DNA of 64,000 nt, taken from an uncultured delta proteobacterium (GTDB taxonomy: Bacteria; Myxococcota_A; Polyangia; Polyangiales; Polyangiaceae). The notes below the pieces were generated by a model. The model made no database searches and was not told the DNA's origin. It saw only the letters and a list, made by a program, of their open reading frames with translations. Every line of letters starts with the position of its first letter. The first letter of the stretch is position 1. Below, piece by piece: positions 1 to 9,340 of the stretch. The translations under genes were made by a program, and so were the position numbers. The stretch is taken from the NCBI GenBank assembly GCA_963841435.1, contig CAWJCS010000005.1:896001-960000 (forward strand), written 5' to 3'.

Positions 1-2
1 GC

Positions 3-560
3 GTGGAGCCCGACGGCAGCGTCGCTGAGATCGGCAATCGAAAGTTCGGCCTCGACATCGTCGCGCGACCGTTCACCGACGAGCTGTTTCCGAAGGACCA
101 CTTCACGCTCGTGTACTCGCATCACGTGTACGAGCACTTGGACGACCCAGTCGGCATCACCCGGATGGTGCGCAACGTCATCGCACCCGACGGGCTGATG
201 TTCATCGTCATTCCGAGCTACCCGGCGTCTTTCAACTTCCTTCCCTGGCGCTGGATGAACGTGTGTCACAACACGCTCTTCACGCACAAGACGCTCGGTA
301 ATCTCCTGGCTGCGACCGGGTTCGAGATGACGAAGCATCGCTACACCCCGTATGGGGAGCTCTGGGCGCTCGCTCGCCCCGTTCCCCAGAGCTCCAAGCC
401 GCGCTTCCGTGTTCGCTGGTGGCAGGAGCAAGCCACGCTCTGGGCATGCCCGGCGTTGGTTGCCGCCGGCCGCGCCCGCTCGGCCGGCAAGCGGCTCGTG
501 ACCGACCCCCGCTACGTGCTCCGAAAGCTTCAGCGCGCCGTCGGCGGCACCTCGGGCTGA
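3..560 (+). CDS. Class I SAM-dependent methyltransferase (5'-partial)
   Basis: FTLVYSHHVYEHLDDP...APDGLMFIVIP matches Methyltransf_23-type motifs; begins at window edge. Confidence 0.8.
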   Translation: MEPDGSVAEIGNRKFGLDIVARPFTDELFPKDHFTLVYSHHVYEHLDDPVGITRMVRNVIAPDGLMFIVIPSYPASFNFLPWRWMNVCHNTLFTHKTLGNLLAATGFEMTKHRYTPYGELWALARPVPQSSKPRFRVRWWQEQATLWACPALVAAGRARSAGKRLVTDPRYVLRKLQRAVGGTSG

Positions 561-867
561 GGCGTGGCCGGGGGCCGTTCGCCCGCGAGTGTATCCGAGG
601 CTGAACGAGGCAGAGCGCGAGCTCAACTCCCGAAGAGCTCGACGACCTCATCGCACGGCTTTCAGCGGCACGCGGGTCGGGGTTTCCCGCTAAAGCGCGG
701 GCGCCAAGCTCCGGTTCAACGGAAGGGGCGCGACGTGCTGGGCAGACAACAGCTGGGAGGTAAACACCGTGGATGCCTATGAAATCGCCGTGCCGGTCGT
801 CGTGTTGGGGCTCGCGCTGGTCCTTCAGCGACGCAGGCGTGCTCGCTGGGACGCTGGCTTGATCCAG

Positions 868-1440
868 CAGTCGCAAAGCCCCGTCCGTCCTCTGCACGGT
901 GCAGACGGCGCCGGTGTGCGCATCCTCGACGCTCGCAAGGCCGAACTCTCCTTTCGCTCTCTTCTTGAGCGAGCGGCTGAGCTCACCGACGAACGCGCTC
1001 ACGACCTTCGCGCAGAGCTCGCGGTCGTAGCCGAGCAAGGCTCTGAGGCCCCAGGGCAAGGAACAGATCCAATGCCGAATGCGCACGCACGGCAGCACAC
1101 GCTCTTCCAAGTGGACCGCCGTATCCGCCATCCGCCGCCCCAGGCAACTGGGGCAGAACCCTCGCTTCTTGCAGGAGAGCGCCACGACCTCGGAGTAGCC
1201 GCAGCTACGGCACACGAGGTGGAGACAACCCTCCTCGATGATGCCACACTTCAAGAACTCCTCGAACTCCCTCACCACGAACTTCGGCAGCCCGCCCGAC
1301 TCCTCCATCCGCTCGCGAAACGCCGGCCAGCGCTCGGCCACCGTCTGGTAGAGCACGCCGTCTTCCGGTCGCCTTCGCGCGTAGCCGTCCCGACGGGTAG
1401 TGCCGTGCTCTGTTTGCCGACTGTGCGCGGGATCGCCCAC
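868..1440 (-). pseudogene. IS91/ISCR-family rolling-circle transposase, N-terminal zinc-binding part, truncated
   Basis: YARRRPE..VLYQTV, EFLKCG, CRSC, SCKKRGFCPSCLGRRMA, RHWICSLP, VQRTDGALRL; breaks off at 868 just before the expected HUH motif. Confidence 0.9.
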
Positions 1441-2365
1441 GCTCGAGCGCTCGAGCCAGCCGCGTGCCGATGCGCTCTCTCACCAGATCGCGCTTGCTCG
1501 ATGCCCGGCGGCCACTGGCTCGCCACGCGGCCGCCGGTCGCGGGCCCCTCCCGCTTGCGCGCAGGCCCGCGGCCGAGCACAAGTTTGGGAGGGGCAAGGC
1601 CCGCGCAGGCAGCGCGCGCAGTGCGCGCAAGGCGGGCCACGACGACCCCATCGTCAACGCTGCGCGCGGCGCGCCCGCCTGAGCACACGAGCACGCGCCG
1701 AGCAGGCCGGGGCGTGGGCAGCAAAGCTGGAGCAAGGCCACATAGAGGAGCGTTCGAGGGCTGCCCGCCCGAGCTCCCGGGTAGGCCGCTCGAGGCGCGC
1801 GGCGACGCGCGTCCCAGAGGAATGACCGGCGCCTCCATCGCGATATCTGACCTCACGCCCGCCGGCCAAACGGCTGTCGAGACGCTCGACTCTGCCGCGA
1901 GGAGGTCAGGTGACGCGGCACTCAAGAACGCCGAGCGCGCGATGGAACTATGGGAAAGCCAAGGATAGCGATCGGCCGCACGCTGAGCACCTCCTCGGGT
2001 CACTGATTGGCTTGTTTGGGTGCGGGTCCTCGAAGAAGCCCCCTACGCCGCGCGGTTGGTGCCGCCTACGTCGTCCAAGTGATCTTGGACGCCTGCTGTC
2101 GCCTCGTACATTCTCGGGACAGCCCGCAGCCCTACCCGCAGCCCTACGTCAGGCGGGCACCACGGCCCGCGGGTGCAAGGTAACCGCTACACCGACCCCA
2201 TCTTGAAAGGGCAGCTCGGCCGGGGGTCGCGATGCCGCGCTCGCGCCGAGCTCAGGCCGCCGGCGGGATCGTGAACGGGCACAGCGGTGCGTCGGTGTCC
2301 GTCCGCCCGGCCGCACCCGGTGACGACGCCCCCGGCGGCGGCGCGGCGCGGCAGACTCGGGGGCG

Positions 2366-2701
2366 ATGGAACGCTGGACGACGGACGAGGCGCGGGAAGT
2401 TCTCGGGCGATGGCGCGCGAGCGGCGAATCGGCTCGAGCGTACGGGCGCGAGGAGGGCATCGATCCGCAGCGGCTGTTTTACTGGCGGAGGAAACTGGGA
2501 AGCGCAGCGAAACGCGGACCGAAGCGGCCCGAGCGTGCGATCGCGCGGTTGGTGCCGGCGGTGGTCCGGGTCGAGAGCGCGACGGGGGACGAGCGTGCGG
2601 TCGTCGTGCGCCTGTCGAGCGGAGTGATCGTCGAAGTCAACGCGGCGCGCGTGCGGCCCGAGTGGCTGGCTACGCTCGTCGGCGAACTCGCGAGGCGATG
2701 A
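2366..2701 (+). CDS. tnpA: IS66 accessory protein TnpA
   Basis: WRASGESARAYGREEGIDPQRLFYWRRKL HTH; first ORF in the element. Confidence 0.9.
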   Translation: MERWTTDEAREVLGRWRASGESARAYGREEGIDPQRLFYWRRKLGSAAKRGPKRPERAIARLVPAVVRVESATGDERAVVVRLSSGVIVEVNAARVRPEWLATLVGELARR

Positions 2702-2704
2702 GCC

Positions 2705-3085
2705 GTGCTGCTCTTGCCGCGCGCCGTGCGCGTGTACGTGGGGACGGAGCCGGTTAATCTCAGAAAGTCGTTCGACGGCCTGTCGAACGAAGTCCGCGAG
2801 GTGCTCCGGCGCGATCCGCTGAGCGGGCACGTCTTCGTGTTCCTCAACCGGCGAAAGACGATGGTGAAGCTTCTTCTGTGGACTCGCGGCGGCTTCACGA
2901 TTTTGCACAAACGGCTCGAGCAGGGGCGCTTCACTTTTACGAAGAAGGTGACGAGCGAGGCGAAAAGCGTGGAGCTCGAGGTGCACGAGCTTTCGATGTT
3001 GCTCGAGGGCATCGACGCTCGCGTCGTGAGCACGCAGAAGCGCTGGGAGCCACCGCTGCACGCGCGGGCAACTGTGTCGCCGTGA
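2705..3085 (+). CDS. tnpB: IS66 accessory protein TnpB
   Basis: PVNLRKSFDGL, DPLSGHVFVFLNRR, KRLEQGRF. Confidence 0.95.
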   Translation: MLLLPRAVRVYVGTEPVNLRKSFDGLSNEVREVLRRDPLSGHVFVFLNRRKTMVKLLLWTRGGFTILHKRLEQGRFTFTKKVTSEAKSVELEVHELSMLLEGIDARVVSTQKRWEPPLHARATVSP

Positions 3086-3157
3086 CGGTACGTGATCCCA
3101 CGTGACAACGCGCGATTCTTCTTGCTCCTTTCGATCGCGATGAAATAGAAACGCGGA

Positions 3158-4807
3158 GTGAGCGGAGCGACGAAGAGCACGAGCAAGGAGCGGAGGGGGC
3201 CGGCGCTCGACATGCTCAAGGAGCTGCTCGCGGAAGGTCGCAACGACAACGTCCTCCGACTTTTCGAGAAGCTCGTTGCGCGCAACAGCGAGCTCGAGCA
3301 GCGACTCGCCGAGATCGCCGCGCGTCGCAAGAAGAATGAAGGGCTCCCGAAGGAGCAGCTCCTACTTTTTCTCGACGCGCTCGCGACGGTGGCCGAGAGC
3401 GAAGGTGGGACCGACGAAGAGCGGGACGAGGCGAATCAGAAGCTCAGAAGCGCGTCCGGCATCGACGAAGGCCCCAAAGACGATCCGGAAACCAAAGAGA
3501 CGAAGGAGCCGAAGAAACAGCCGCCGCTCAGAAAGGCTCCGCCGGCGGAGCTCCGGCGCGTCGAAAACCCCATCTCCGTGCCGGAGTCTGAGCGGCCTTG
3601 CCCGGTCTGCGGAGCCGAGCGCAAGTGCATCGGCCACGACGTGACGGAGGTCATCGAGCTCATCCCGGCAGAGGTCGTCGTGCGACGCGACGCGAGAGAG
3701 AAGCTCGCGTGCAAGCAATGCGAGGGGGAGCTCGTCCGCGCGCCGCCAGGCGACAAGGTCGTCGCGGGCGGGAAGCTCGGCTCGAGACTCGTCGCTCAGC
3801 TTCTCGTCAACAAGTACTGGGACGGGCTGCCGCTACACCGTCAGAAGCAGCGTTTCGATCGCATGGGGCTCGACATCAGCGTCTCGACGCTCGCGGACCA
3901 GGTGACGTGGGCGACGGACTTGCTCAGACCGCTCTGGCGCGCGGGCATCGCCAACGTGCTGATGGCGATCGTGATGCACCTGGATGGGACGAGCCTTCCG
4001 GTGCTCGACCGCGACGCGCCCGGAGGCAAGAAGCTCGGAACGCTCTGGGGCTACGTCGGCGACACGGAGACGGCGCTCTACCTCTACGCCTCGACCGGAA
4101 AGAAGACAGGGCAGAAGAAGGGCGAGCTCGGCCCCGAGGATATGCTCAAGCTCAGAAACGGCTACACGGTGGCCGACGCGGCCACCGTCTTCGACGCGAG
4201 CTTCAAGCGCGAAGAGCTCATCGAGTGCGGCTGCAACATGCACGCCCGGCGCTACTTCGTCAGAGCGCTCGACGGCGGCGACAACCGCGCAGCGCTACCG
4301 CTCGCCGCGTACAAGAAGCTCTACGACATCGAGGAAGAGACCAGGGGCGCCACGCTCGAAGCGAAGCTCGTCGAGAGGCAGGCGCGCAGTAGACCCGTCT
4401 TCGACGAGCTCATCGCTTGGGCGAACGTGCACAAGTCACACGAGCCGCCGAGCTCGGCGATGGGAACAGCGATCCGCTACCTCACGAACCACCAGCTCGC
4501 GCTCGGCCGTTTCCTCGAGGACGGCGTCATCCCAATCGACAACGGGATCGTGGAGCGGCTGCACGTCCGCGCCGCGCTAACGCGAAAAAACTTCCTCTTC
4601 GCTGGCTCCGATGCAGGCGGCGAGCGCGCCGCAATCGCCTACACGATCCTCGGCTCTTGCGCGCTCGCCCACGTCGACCCGGTCGAATACCTCGCCGACG
4701 TGCTGCCCCGCCTCGCGCGCCGCGTGCGTCTGCGGGAGCTGCCCGACATGCTGCCAGCGCCGTGGAAGGCTGCGCGCCTGGCGACTCAGCCCGCCGCCGC
4801 GGAGTGA
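3158..4807 (+). CDS. tnpC: IS66 transposase TnpC
   Basis: CPVCG zinc ribbon, KYWDGLPLHRQ, CNMHARRYF, PIDNGIVER, RKNFLFAGS. Confidence 0.95.
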   Translation: MSGATKSTSKERRGPALDMLKELLAEGRNDNVLRLFEKLVARNSELEQRLAEIAARRKKNEGLPKEQLLLFLDALATVAESEGGTDEERDEANQKLRSASGIDEGPKDDPETKETKEPKKQPPLRKAPPAELRRVENPISVPESERPCPVCGAERKCIGHDVTEVIELIPAEVVVRRDAREKLACKQCEGELVRAPPGDKVVAGGKLGSRLVAQLLVNKYWDGLPLHRQKQRFDRMGLDISVSTLADQVTWATDLLRPLWRAGIANVLMAIVMHLDGTSLPVLDRDAPGGKKLGTLWGYVGDTETALYLYASTGKKTGQKKGELGPEDMLKLRNGYTVADAATVFDASFKREELIECGCNMHARRYFVRALDGGDNRAALPLAAYKKLYDIEEETRGATLEAKLVERQARSRPVFDELIAWANVHKSHEPPSSAMGTAIRYLTNHQLALGRFLEDGVIPIDNGIVERLHVRAALTRKNFLFAGSDAGGERAAIAYTILGSCALAHVDPVEYLADVLPRLARRVRLRELPDMLPAPWKAARLATQPAAAE

Positions 4808-5020
4808 ACGAGGGCTTCAGACCCGTCCGTCAAGCCGTAGCGCGGGTGTCTTGGGGTGCGGACGGGCGGACGGACACGTGCGTCGAGTTCCTCGGCGCGA
4901 AGCTTGGCACGGGTGGCGGGCCAGAACTTCGGAGCGAGCTCGAGGTAGCGAGTCGGGGGCCAGTAGGGCAGGACGCGGAGGATCTCGTCGAGGTACTGCT
5001 CGGCGTCGAGCCGGTGAAGC

Positions 5021-5125
5021 CAGGGGTCCGGCCCGCAGGCTGATCGCCCGAAGATCGCGCAACTACCGATTACGTCAAGGCCCGCGGCGTGCCCTGCCTC
5101 GGCGGAACGCGTTTGGAACCCCTAT
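5021..5125 (+). repeat. Mini-element copy A (oriIS-like 3' end)
   Basis: Starts CAGGGGTCCGGCCCGCAGGCTG, ends GCGTTTGGAACCCCTAT; the 3' part is repeated with a 67-bp period at 5135-5192. Confidence 0.7.
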
Positions 5126-5307
5126 CCCCCGACGGATTACGTCCATTTCTGCGGCGGGCTCTGCCTCGGCGGAACGCGTTTGGAACCCCTACCCCCCTAC
5201 GTCTCCGCCAACGGCTTTTGGACCTATTGGCAAACGGGACGCCTGGGCGCGTCGTGCGCCGTCAGTTGCCGACGTTCACCTTCGCAATGACGGCCGTGTA
5301 GTAGTCG

Positions 5308-5706
5308 TCAATCGAAGGGATCACGCCGTCGTCCGGCAGCGTCAGCTCCCACACGACAAGTGCAACCTGGACCCGTCCCACTTCTCGCCTCGCACTCAAC
5401 GTCGGCGTCTGCCTTGTTTCCACCCTGGCGTCCATCGGCACCAAGACCAACGACTCGCGGATGCCCTTCCACAAACTGACAGACCATGAGCCTCCCCCAT
5501 GGGTCGCGTACGGACGACGGTTCAGGGGGTGGCCATACGGAGCAGTCGTGTGGGGGGATTGAGCCAAGTGTGACACTGCAAGCGCGACCGGCCCGTGAGA
5601 CCGCAAGCTCAATACGATCCTCTTCGTACCCTCTCCAGCCAAGGTAGGCTGCGACGGCAACGGTGGCGGCAGATCCTATACCAAAGAGCCAACGGCGCGC
5701 GGCCAC
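5308..5706 (-). CDS. Small membrane-anchored protein with GspG-like C-terminal motif; possible immunity protein
   Basis: N-terminal TM segment; RDPWGR...LGADGRQGG..ADAD motif; directly follows a toxin-like fragment. Confidence 0.55.
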   Translation of the reverse strand: MAARRWLFGIGSAATVAVAAYLGWRGYEEDRIELAVSRAGRACSVTLGSIPPHDCSVWPPPEPSSVRDPWGRLMVCQFVEGHPRVVGLGADGRQGGNKADADVECEARSGTGPGCTCRVGADAAGRRRDPFD

Positions 5707-5709
5707 ATA

Positions 5710-5918
5710 TCACCAAAAATTCCAAAGTGCGTCTTCGAGCGACTGCCACGGATCGTTTTGAATTCGTTGCAGCTCATCTACTGCGCCGTCGGTAAATGTC
5801 CGACAGTCGTTGATCCCCAAAAGATAAGGAATCCGATCGGATGCCTGATTGACATCATACGTTTCATGGATCCACTCTTCCAACTGCCTGTCCTCGTCGG
5901 GAGTAGAAGCGTAGCATT
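5710..5918 (-). pseudogene. C-terminal fragment of a putative papain-like (polymorphic toxin-type) domain
   Basis: Manual translation ECYASTPDEDRQLEEWIHETY...PYLLGINDCRTFTD...WNFW*; low GC; no start; cut at the mini-element. Confidence 0.4.
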
Positions 5919-5920
5919 CT

Positions 5921-6012
5921 CAGCGGTCCGGCCCGCAGGCTGGATCGCATATTCGGCGATCCGTAGAGTCCAGCACGCCATCCACCGCGACGGATGCGTT
6001 TGCTTCGCCTAT
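5921..6012 (+). repeat. Mini-element copy B
   Basis: 92 bp, 90/92 identical to the reverse complement of 17605-17696; hairpins GGATCGC/GCGATCC and CATCC/GGATG. Confidence 0.85.
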
Positions 6013-6247
6013 TGTTAGCGCGCAGCGCAGCTGAGGGACGGGAGCGGGATCTCGCGCAAGCTGCGTGAGGGAGATCCGGCGGGCGGGGTGAGATCCCCCT
6101 TCGCCGAGGTTGCGCGTTTCTGGCCGGGATCGCGCTTGGCGTCGTAGAGGGCCGCGCCGGAGAAGACGCCCGGGCTTGGTGCTCGGACAAAAAGTTGGCG
6201 GGCGGTGTTCGAAGCACCGTTGTCCCGCCGAGCTCCGCCGAAGGCAG

Positions 6248-6865
6248 TTGAAGACGATCCAGCGAAGCGACACACGCATCATCCAATCCGCGATCAACGT
6301 CAAGTTTTGGGCAGAGGCACCGCCGTCCTGCTCGGCGGTGCGCCCGGCGAGCTGCCCCGGTTGCGGGGCTGCGAGCCGGGAGCCCGGCCGCGCTGTTGCG
6401 ATCGTGGGCCACGGTTTCCGGAGCCGTGACGTCGAGGGACCGGCGGGGCCGGGCGAGGCTCCGGCGTCGACGACCGTGGTCGCGCGGCGTTACCGCTGTC
6501 GCGTGTGCGGGGCGGTGCTGGTCGTCGTGCCGCGGGGGGTGGGCCGGGCACTGCGGTACACGCTCGACGCCATCGGCTATGCGCTTGCCCTCTGGGGGTA
6601 TGCGCGGACGACGGCGGAGCGGACGCGCAGGGCGGTGAGCACGGCGAAGGCGCGGGGCATCTCGGCGCCGGAGAAGTGGTCCTCGCTTCGACGGTGGACG
6701 GTGTCGGCCGCGAGGATCTTCGGCTCCGGGACGCCCAGCGCGGGCGGCACGCTGAGGGACCGGGCAGCGCGGCTCGCCTCGTGGCTCGCATCGCAGGCGC
6801 CGCTGCCGACGGGAGCGGTGCCCAAGGATGCCTTCTTCGGCGGCCGCTTCGTCCACGCACGATGA
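6248..6865 (+). CDS. Transposon-associated zinc-finger protein (DUF6431-like)
   Basis: CPGCG...GHG...RRYRCRVCG...VVP; start uncertain (TTG). Confidence 0.7.
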   Translation: MKTIQRSDTRIIQSAINVKFWAEAPPSCSAVRPASCPGCGAASREPGRAVAIVGHGFRSRDVEGPAGPGEAPASTTVVARRYRCRVCGAVLVVVPRGVGRALRYTLDAIGYALALWGYARTTAERTRRAVSTAKARGISAPEKWSSLRRWTVSAARIFGSGTPSAGGTLRDRAARLASWLASQAPLPTGAVPKDAFFGGRFVHAR

Positions 6866-6992
6866 GCGATGGCACCGAGAGCTCGAGCCCCGCCCAAGCC
6901 GCATCCACCAGATCCGGCGTCTGCCGAGCAGGCTCGTTGGATGCGAGCGATCCGCTCCGCGCGGCCCACTCCGGGCGCGCAGGAGAAAAACG

Positions 6993-8369
6993 ATGGATCG
7001 CATCATTCAAGACGGAGAAAAGCTCGGCCCGAAGGACCACGCCGAGCGCGTTGCCCTGTTCCGCGTGCAGGTCATCGGACCGCTGCTCGCGCGCGACTTT
7101 CAGGACCACGGCGAGCTGGCGGACGAGCTCCGCGCGCTCGCGGCGAAGTGGCATCGTCCGCCGGAGTCAGCGCTCGGGCGGCAGTACTCGGCGCCGACGA
7201 TCGAGCGCTGGTACTACGAGTACAAGCGCGGCGGACTCGATGCGCTCCGGCCGCGACGACGCTCCGACACGGGCCACGCCCGCGAGCTGACCGAGGAGCA
7301 GCGTGCGCTCCTGCTCGACATCCGACGGGAGTACCCCCGGGCGACGGCTGCACTGATCCTGCGGACGCTGGAGCTCGACGGGCGCCTCGAGAAGGGCGCC
7401 GTGAGCCCCTCCACGCTGCGTCGGCTGTATCAGGAGCACGGCCTCGACCGGGTGAAAGCCGATGCTGCCGACGGGCGCGTCCGGCTCCGCTGGCAGGCCG
7501 ATCGCGCCGATGCGCTCTGGCACTCCGACGTGTGCCACGGCCCGGCGATGAAGCTCGGCGAGCGGTCGGTGCCGCTGCGCATCCACGCACTGCTCGACGA
7601 CCACAGCCGGTACATCGTCGCGATCCAGGCGGCGACGACGGAGCGGGAGGTCGAGATGCTCGCATTGATGGTGAAAGCGATGCGAGACACGGGCCGGCGT
7701 CCCGGCGCGCTCTACCTCGACAACGGCTCGACCTACCGGGGCGAAGTGCTTCAGACGCTCTGCGCAAGGCTCGGCGTCGGGCTGCTCCACGCCGAGGCCG
7801 AAGATCCGCAGGCTCGCGGCAAGATGGAGCGCTTTTGGCGGACGCTGCGCCAGGGCTGCCTCGACCACATCGGCACGCCTGGCAGCTTGCAGGACGTGCA
7901 GGTGCGATTGCTCGCTTTCCTCGGCAAGCACTATCACGTCTCACCTCACGCCTCGCTGATGGGCAAGACGCCCGCCCACGTGTATGAGACCGCGCCGCGC
8001 GACGCGAAGGCGGTCACGGAAGCGGAGCTCGGCATCGCGCTCACCGTCCGCGGTCGCCGCCGCGTCCGCACCGACGGCACGCTCGACATCGGCGGCGTGA
8101 CCTTCGAGACGCGGGCGGGTTTCCTCGCGGGCAAGCTCGTTACCGTCGCCCGCTCCCTGCTCGACGTTTCCACGCATCCGTGGATCGAGCACGAGGACGA
8201 GCGCTACCTGCTCGGCCCGGTCAATCCCGAGGAGAACGCCCGTCGAAAGAAAGAAGGGCCGACCGCCAACCGTCCGCAGCAAGGCCTCGACGTGCCTTTC
8301 GATCCGCCCGGCGCCCTGCTCGACGCGCTGCTCAAACGCGGGCCCGACGGCGACGGAGGTGCCCAATGA
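6993..8369 (+). CDS. DDE integrase/transposase (IS481-like, Mu-type C-terminus)
   Basis: LWHSDVCHG, LLDDHSR, LYLDNGSTY, PQARGKMERFWRT. Confidence 0.93.
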   Translation: MDRIIQDGEKLGPKDHAERVALFRVQVIGPLLARDFQDHGELADELRALAAKWHRPPESALGRQYSAPTIERWYYEYKRGGLDALRPRRRSDTGHARELTEEQRALLLDIRREYPRATAALILRTLELDGRLEKGAVSPSTLRRLYQEHGLDRVKADAADGRVRLRWQADRADALWHSDVCHGPAMKLGERSVPLRIHALLDDHSRYIVAIQAATTEREVEMLALMVKAMRDTGRRPGALYLDNGSTYRGEVLQTLCARLGVGLLHAEAEDPQARGKMERFWRTLRQGCLDHIGTPGSLQDVQVRLLAFLGKHYHVSPHASLMGKTPAHVYETAPRDAKAVTEAELGIALTVRGRRRVRTDGTLDIGGVTFETRAGFLAGKLVTVARSLLDVSTHPWIEHEDERYLLGPVNPEENARRKKEGPTANRPQQGLDVPFDPPGALLDALLKRGPDGDGGAQ

Positions 8370-9181
8370 GCCGCTTTCTCTCGCACTTTGGCCTGCGCGA
8401 AGCGCCTTTCACCAAGGAGATCGCCGACGGCGAGCTCTGGGTGCCCTCCTCGCGAAAAGCCACCGTGGAGACTCTGGTCGAGACGTGTCGCGACCGCGGA
8501 CACGCCGTGCTCGCCGGAGAGCCCGGCGTCGGCAAGACGTGTGTCCTGCGCGCCCTCCGCCATCGGCTGCCGCAGGACGGCTTCCGGCTGACGTACTGCC
8601 ACAACGTGACGCTCGGCCGGCGGGACTTCTACCGCCACGTCTGTCTCGCGCTCGGCCTCTCGCCGAGCGCCACGGCGGCGGCCGTCTTCTTCGCCATCAG
8701 CACCCACATCGAACAACTCGGCGCCGAGAAGGTCCATCCGGTCCTGCTCATCGACGAGGCCCACCTGCTCCACCAGGACGTGCTCGACCATCTGCACATC
8801 CTGGCCAACTACGAGTGGGACTCAAAGCCCTTGCTCTCACTCGTCCTTGTCGGCCTGCCCGAGACCCGGCAGCGGCTTACCCTCGCCAAAAACCGCTCGC
8901 TCTGGTCCCGCATCCACACCCGCCTCTCCCTCGGCGAGGCCACTGCGGGCGACACCGCCGAGTACATCGCATTCCGTTTGAAACGAGCCGGCTCGGAGCG
9001 TGAGCTCTTCTCCTCCGACGCCGTCGCCCTCATCCACGAAGAAACCCACGGCCGCCTCCGCGACATCGACCGTGTCGCCACTGATGCCCTCAAGCTCGGC
9101 GCGCGCAGAAAGCTCCGCATCGTCAACCGCGAGCTCGTCGTCCGCGTCTTCGGCGAACAGGAGGCCGCCACCGAAGACTGA
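8366..9181 (+). CDS. ExeA-family AAA ATPase (transposition helper)
   Basis: HFGLREAPF, GEPGVGKT Walker A, LLIDEAH Walker B, LVLVGLPE. Confidence 0.9.
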   Translation: MSRFLSHFGLREAPFTKEIADGELWVPSSRKATVETLVETCRDRGHAVLAGEPGVGKTCVLRALRHRLPQDGFRLTYCHNVTLGRRDFYRHVCLALGLSPSATAAAVFFAISTHIEQLGAEKVHPVLLIDEAHLLHQDVLDHLHILANYEWDSKPLLSLVLVGLPETRQRLTLAKNRSLWSRIHTRLSLGEATAGDTAEYIAFRLKRAGSERELFSSDAVALIHEETHGRLRDIDRVATDALKLGARRKLRIVNRELVVRVFGEQEAATED

Positions 9182-9340
9182 TCGCACCTCGGTCCCGTTA
9201 CACGATGGCCATCGCTGGCCTGGCGCCATCCCGCCGGGCTACGCGATGGCCATCCCGCTTTGTGACCGCCGCCGCGCGTCTCCGGCGATGCCCATCACCC
9301 AGCCCGCGCCCATCCCCATCAGGCAGCTTGCGCGGCAACA

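Larger units (their letters stand above)
2295..4877 (+). mobile_element. Complete IS66-family element
   Basis: 24-bp inverted repeats GTGTCCGTCCGCCCG(G/T)CCGCACCC with 1 mismatch; 8-bp target duplication GTGCGTCG at 2287-2294 and 4878-4885; three ORFs. Confidence 0.97.
2180..5020 (-). mobile_element. Remnant right end of an older IS66 (tnpC 3' end plus terminal repeat), interrupted by an intact IS66
   Basis: Minus-strand LHRLDAEQYLDEILRVLPYWP...RAEELDA (5020-4878) continues as PLCPFTIPPAA* left of 2287; GTAACCGC end at 2180. Confidence 0.75.
6013..9340 (+). mobile_element. Three-gene transposon (zinc-finger protein, DDE transposase, ExeA-like AAA ATPase)
   Basis: TGT...ACA ends (TGTTAGCGCGCA vs reverse complement TGTTGCCGCGCA); shared subterminal motif CGCGCAAGCTGCSTGA; no target duplication. 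Confidence 0.8.

Noticed and set aside
2041-2150. CCTAC-containing motifs as additional oriIS-like copies (also 22454)
   Set aside because: They lack the 5' motif and the TTTG-n5 spacing; too weak
5921-6012. Mini-element as a group II intron remnant, tRNA fragment or small peptide gene
   Set aside because: No GTGCG start, domain V or cloverleaf; copies A and D do not keep a reading frame
9181-9202. GTTACA at 9202 as the transposon right end
   Set aside because: The end at 9340 matches the left end and its internal motif better and coincides with the istA breakpoint
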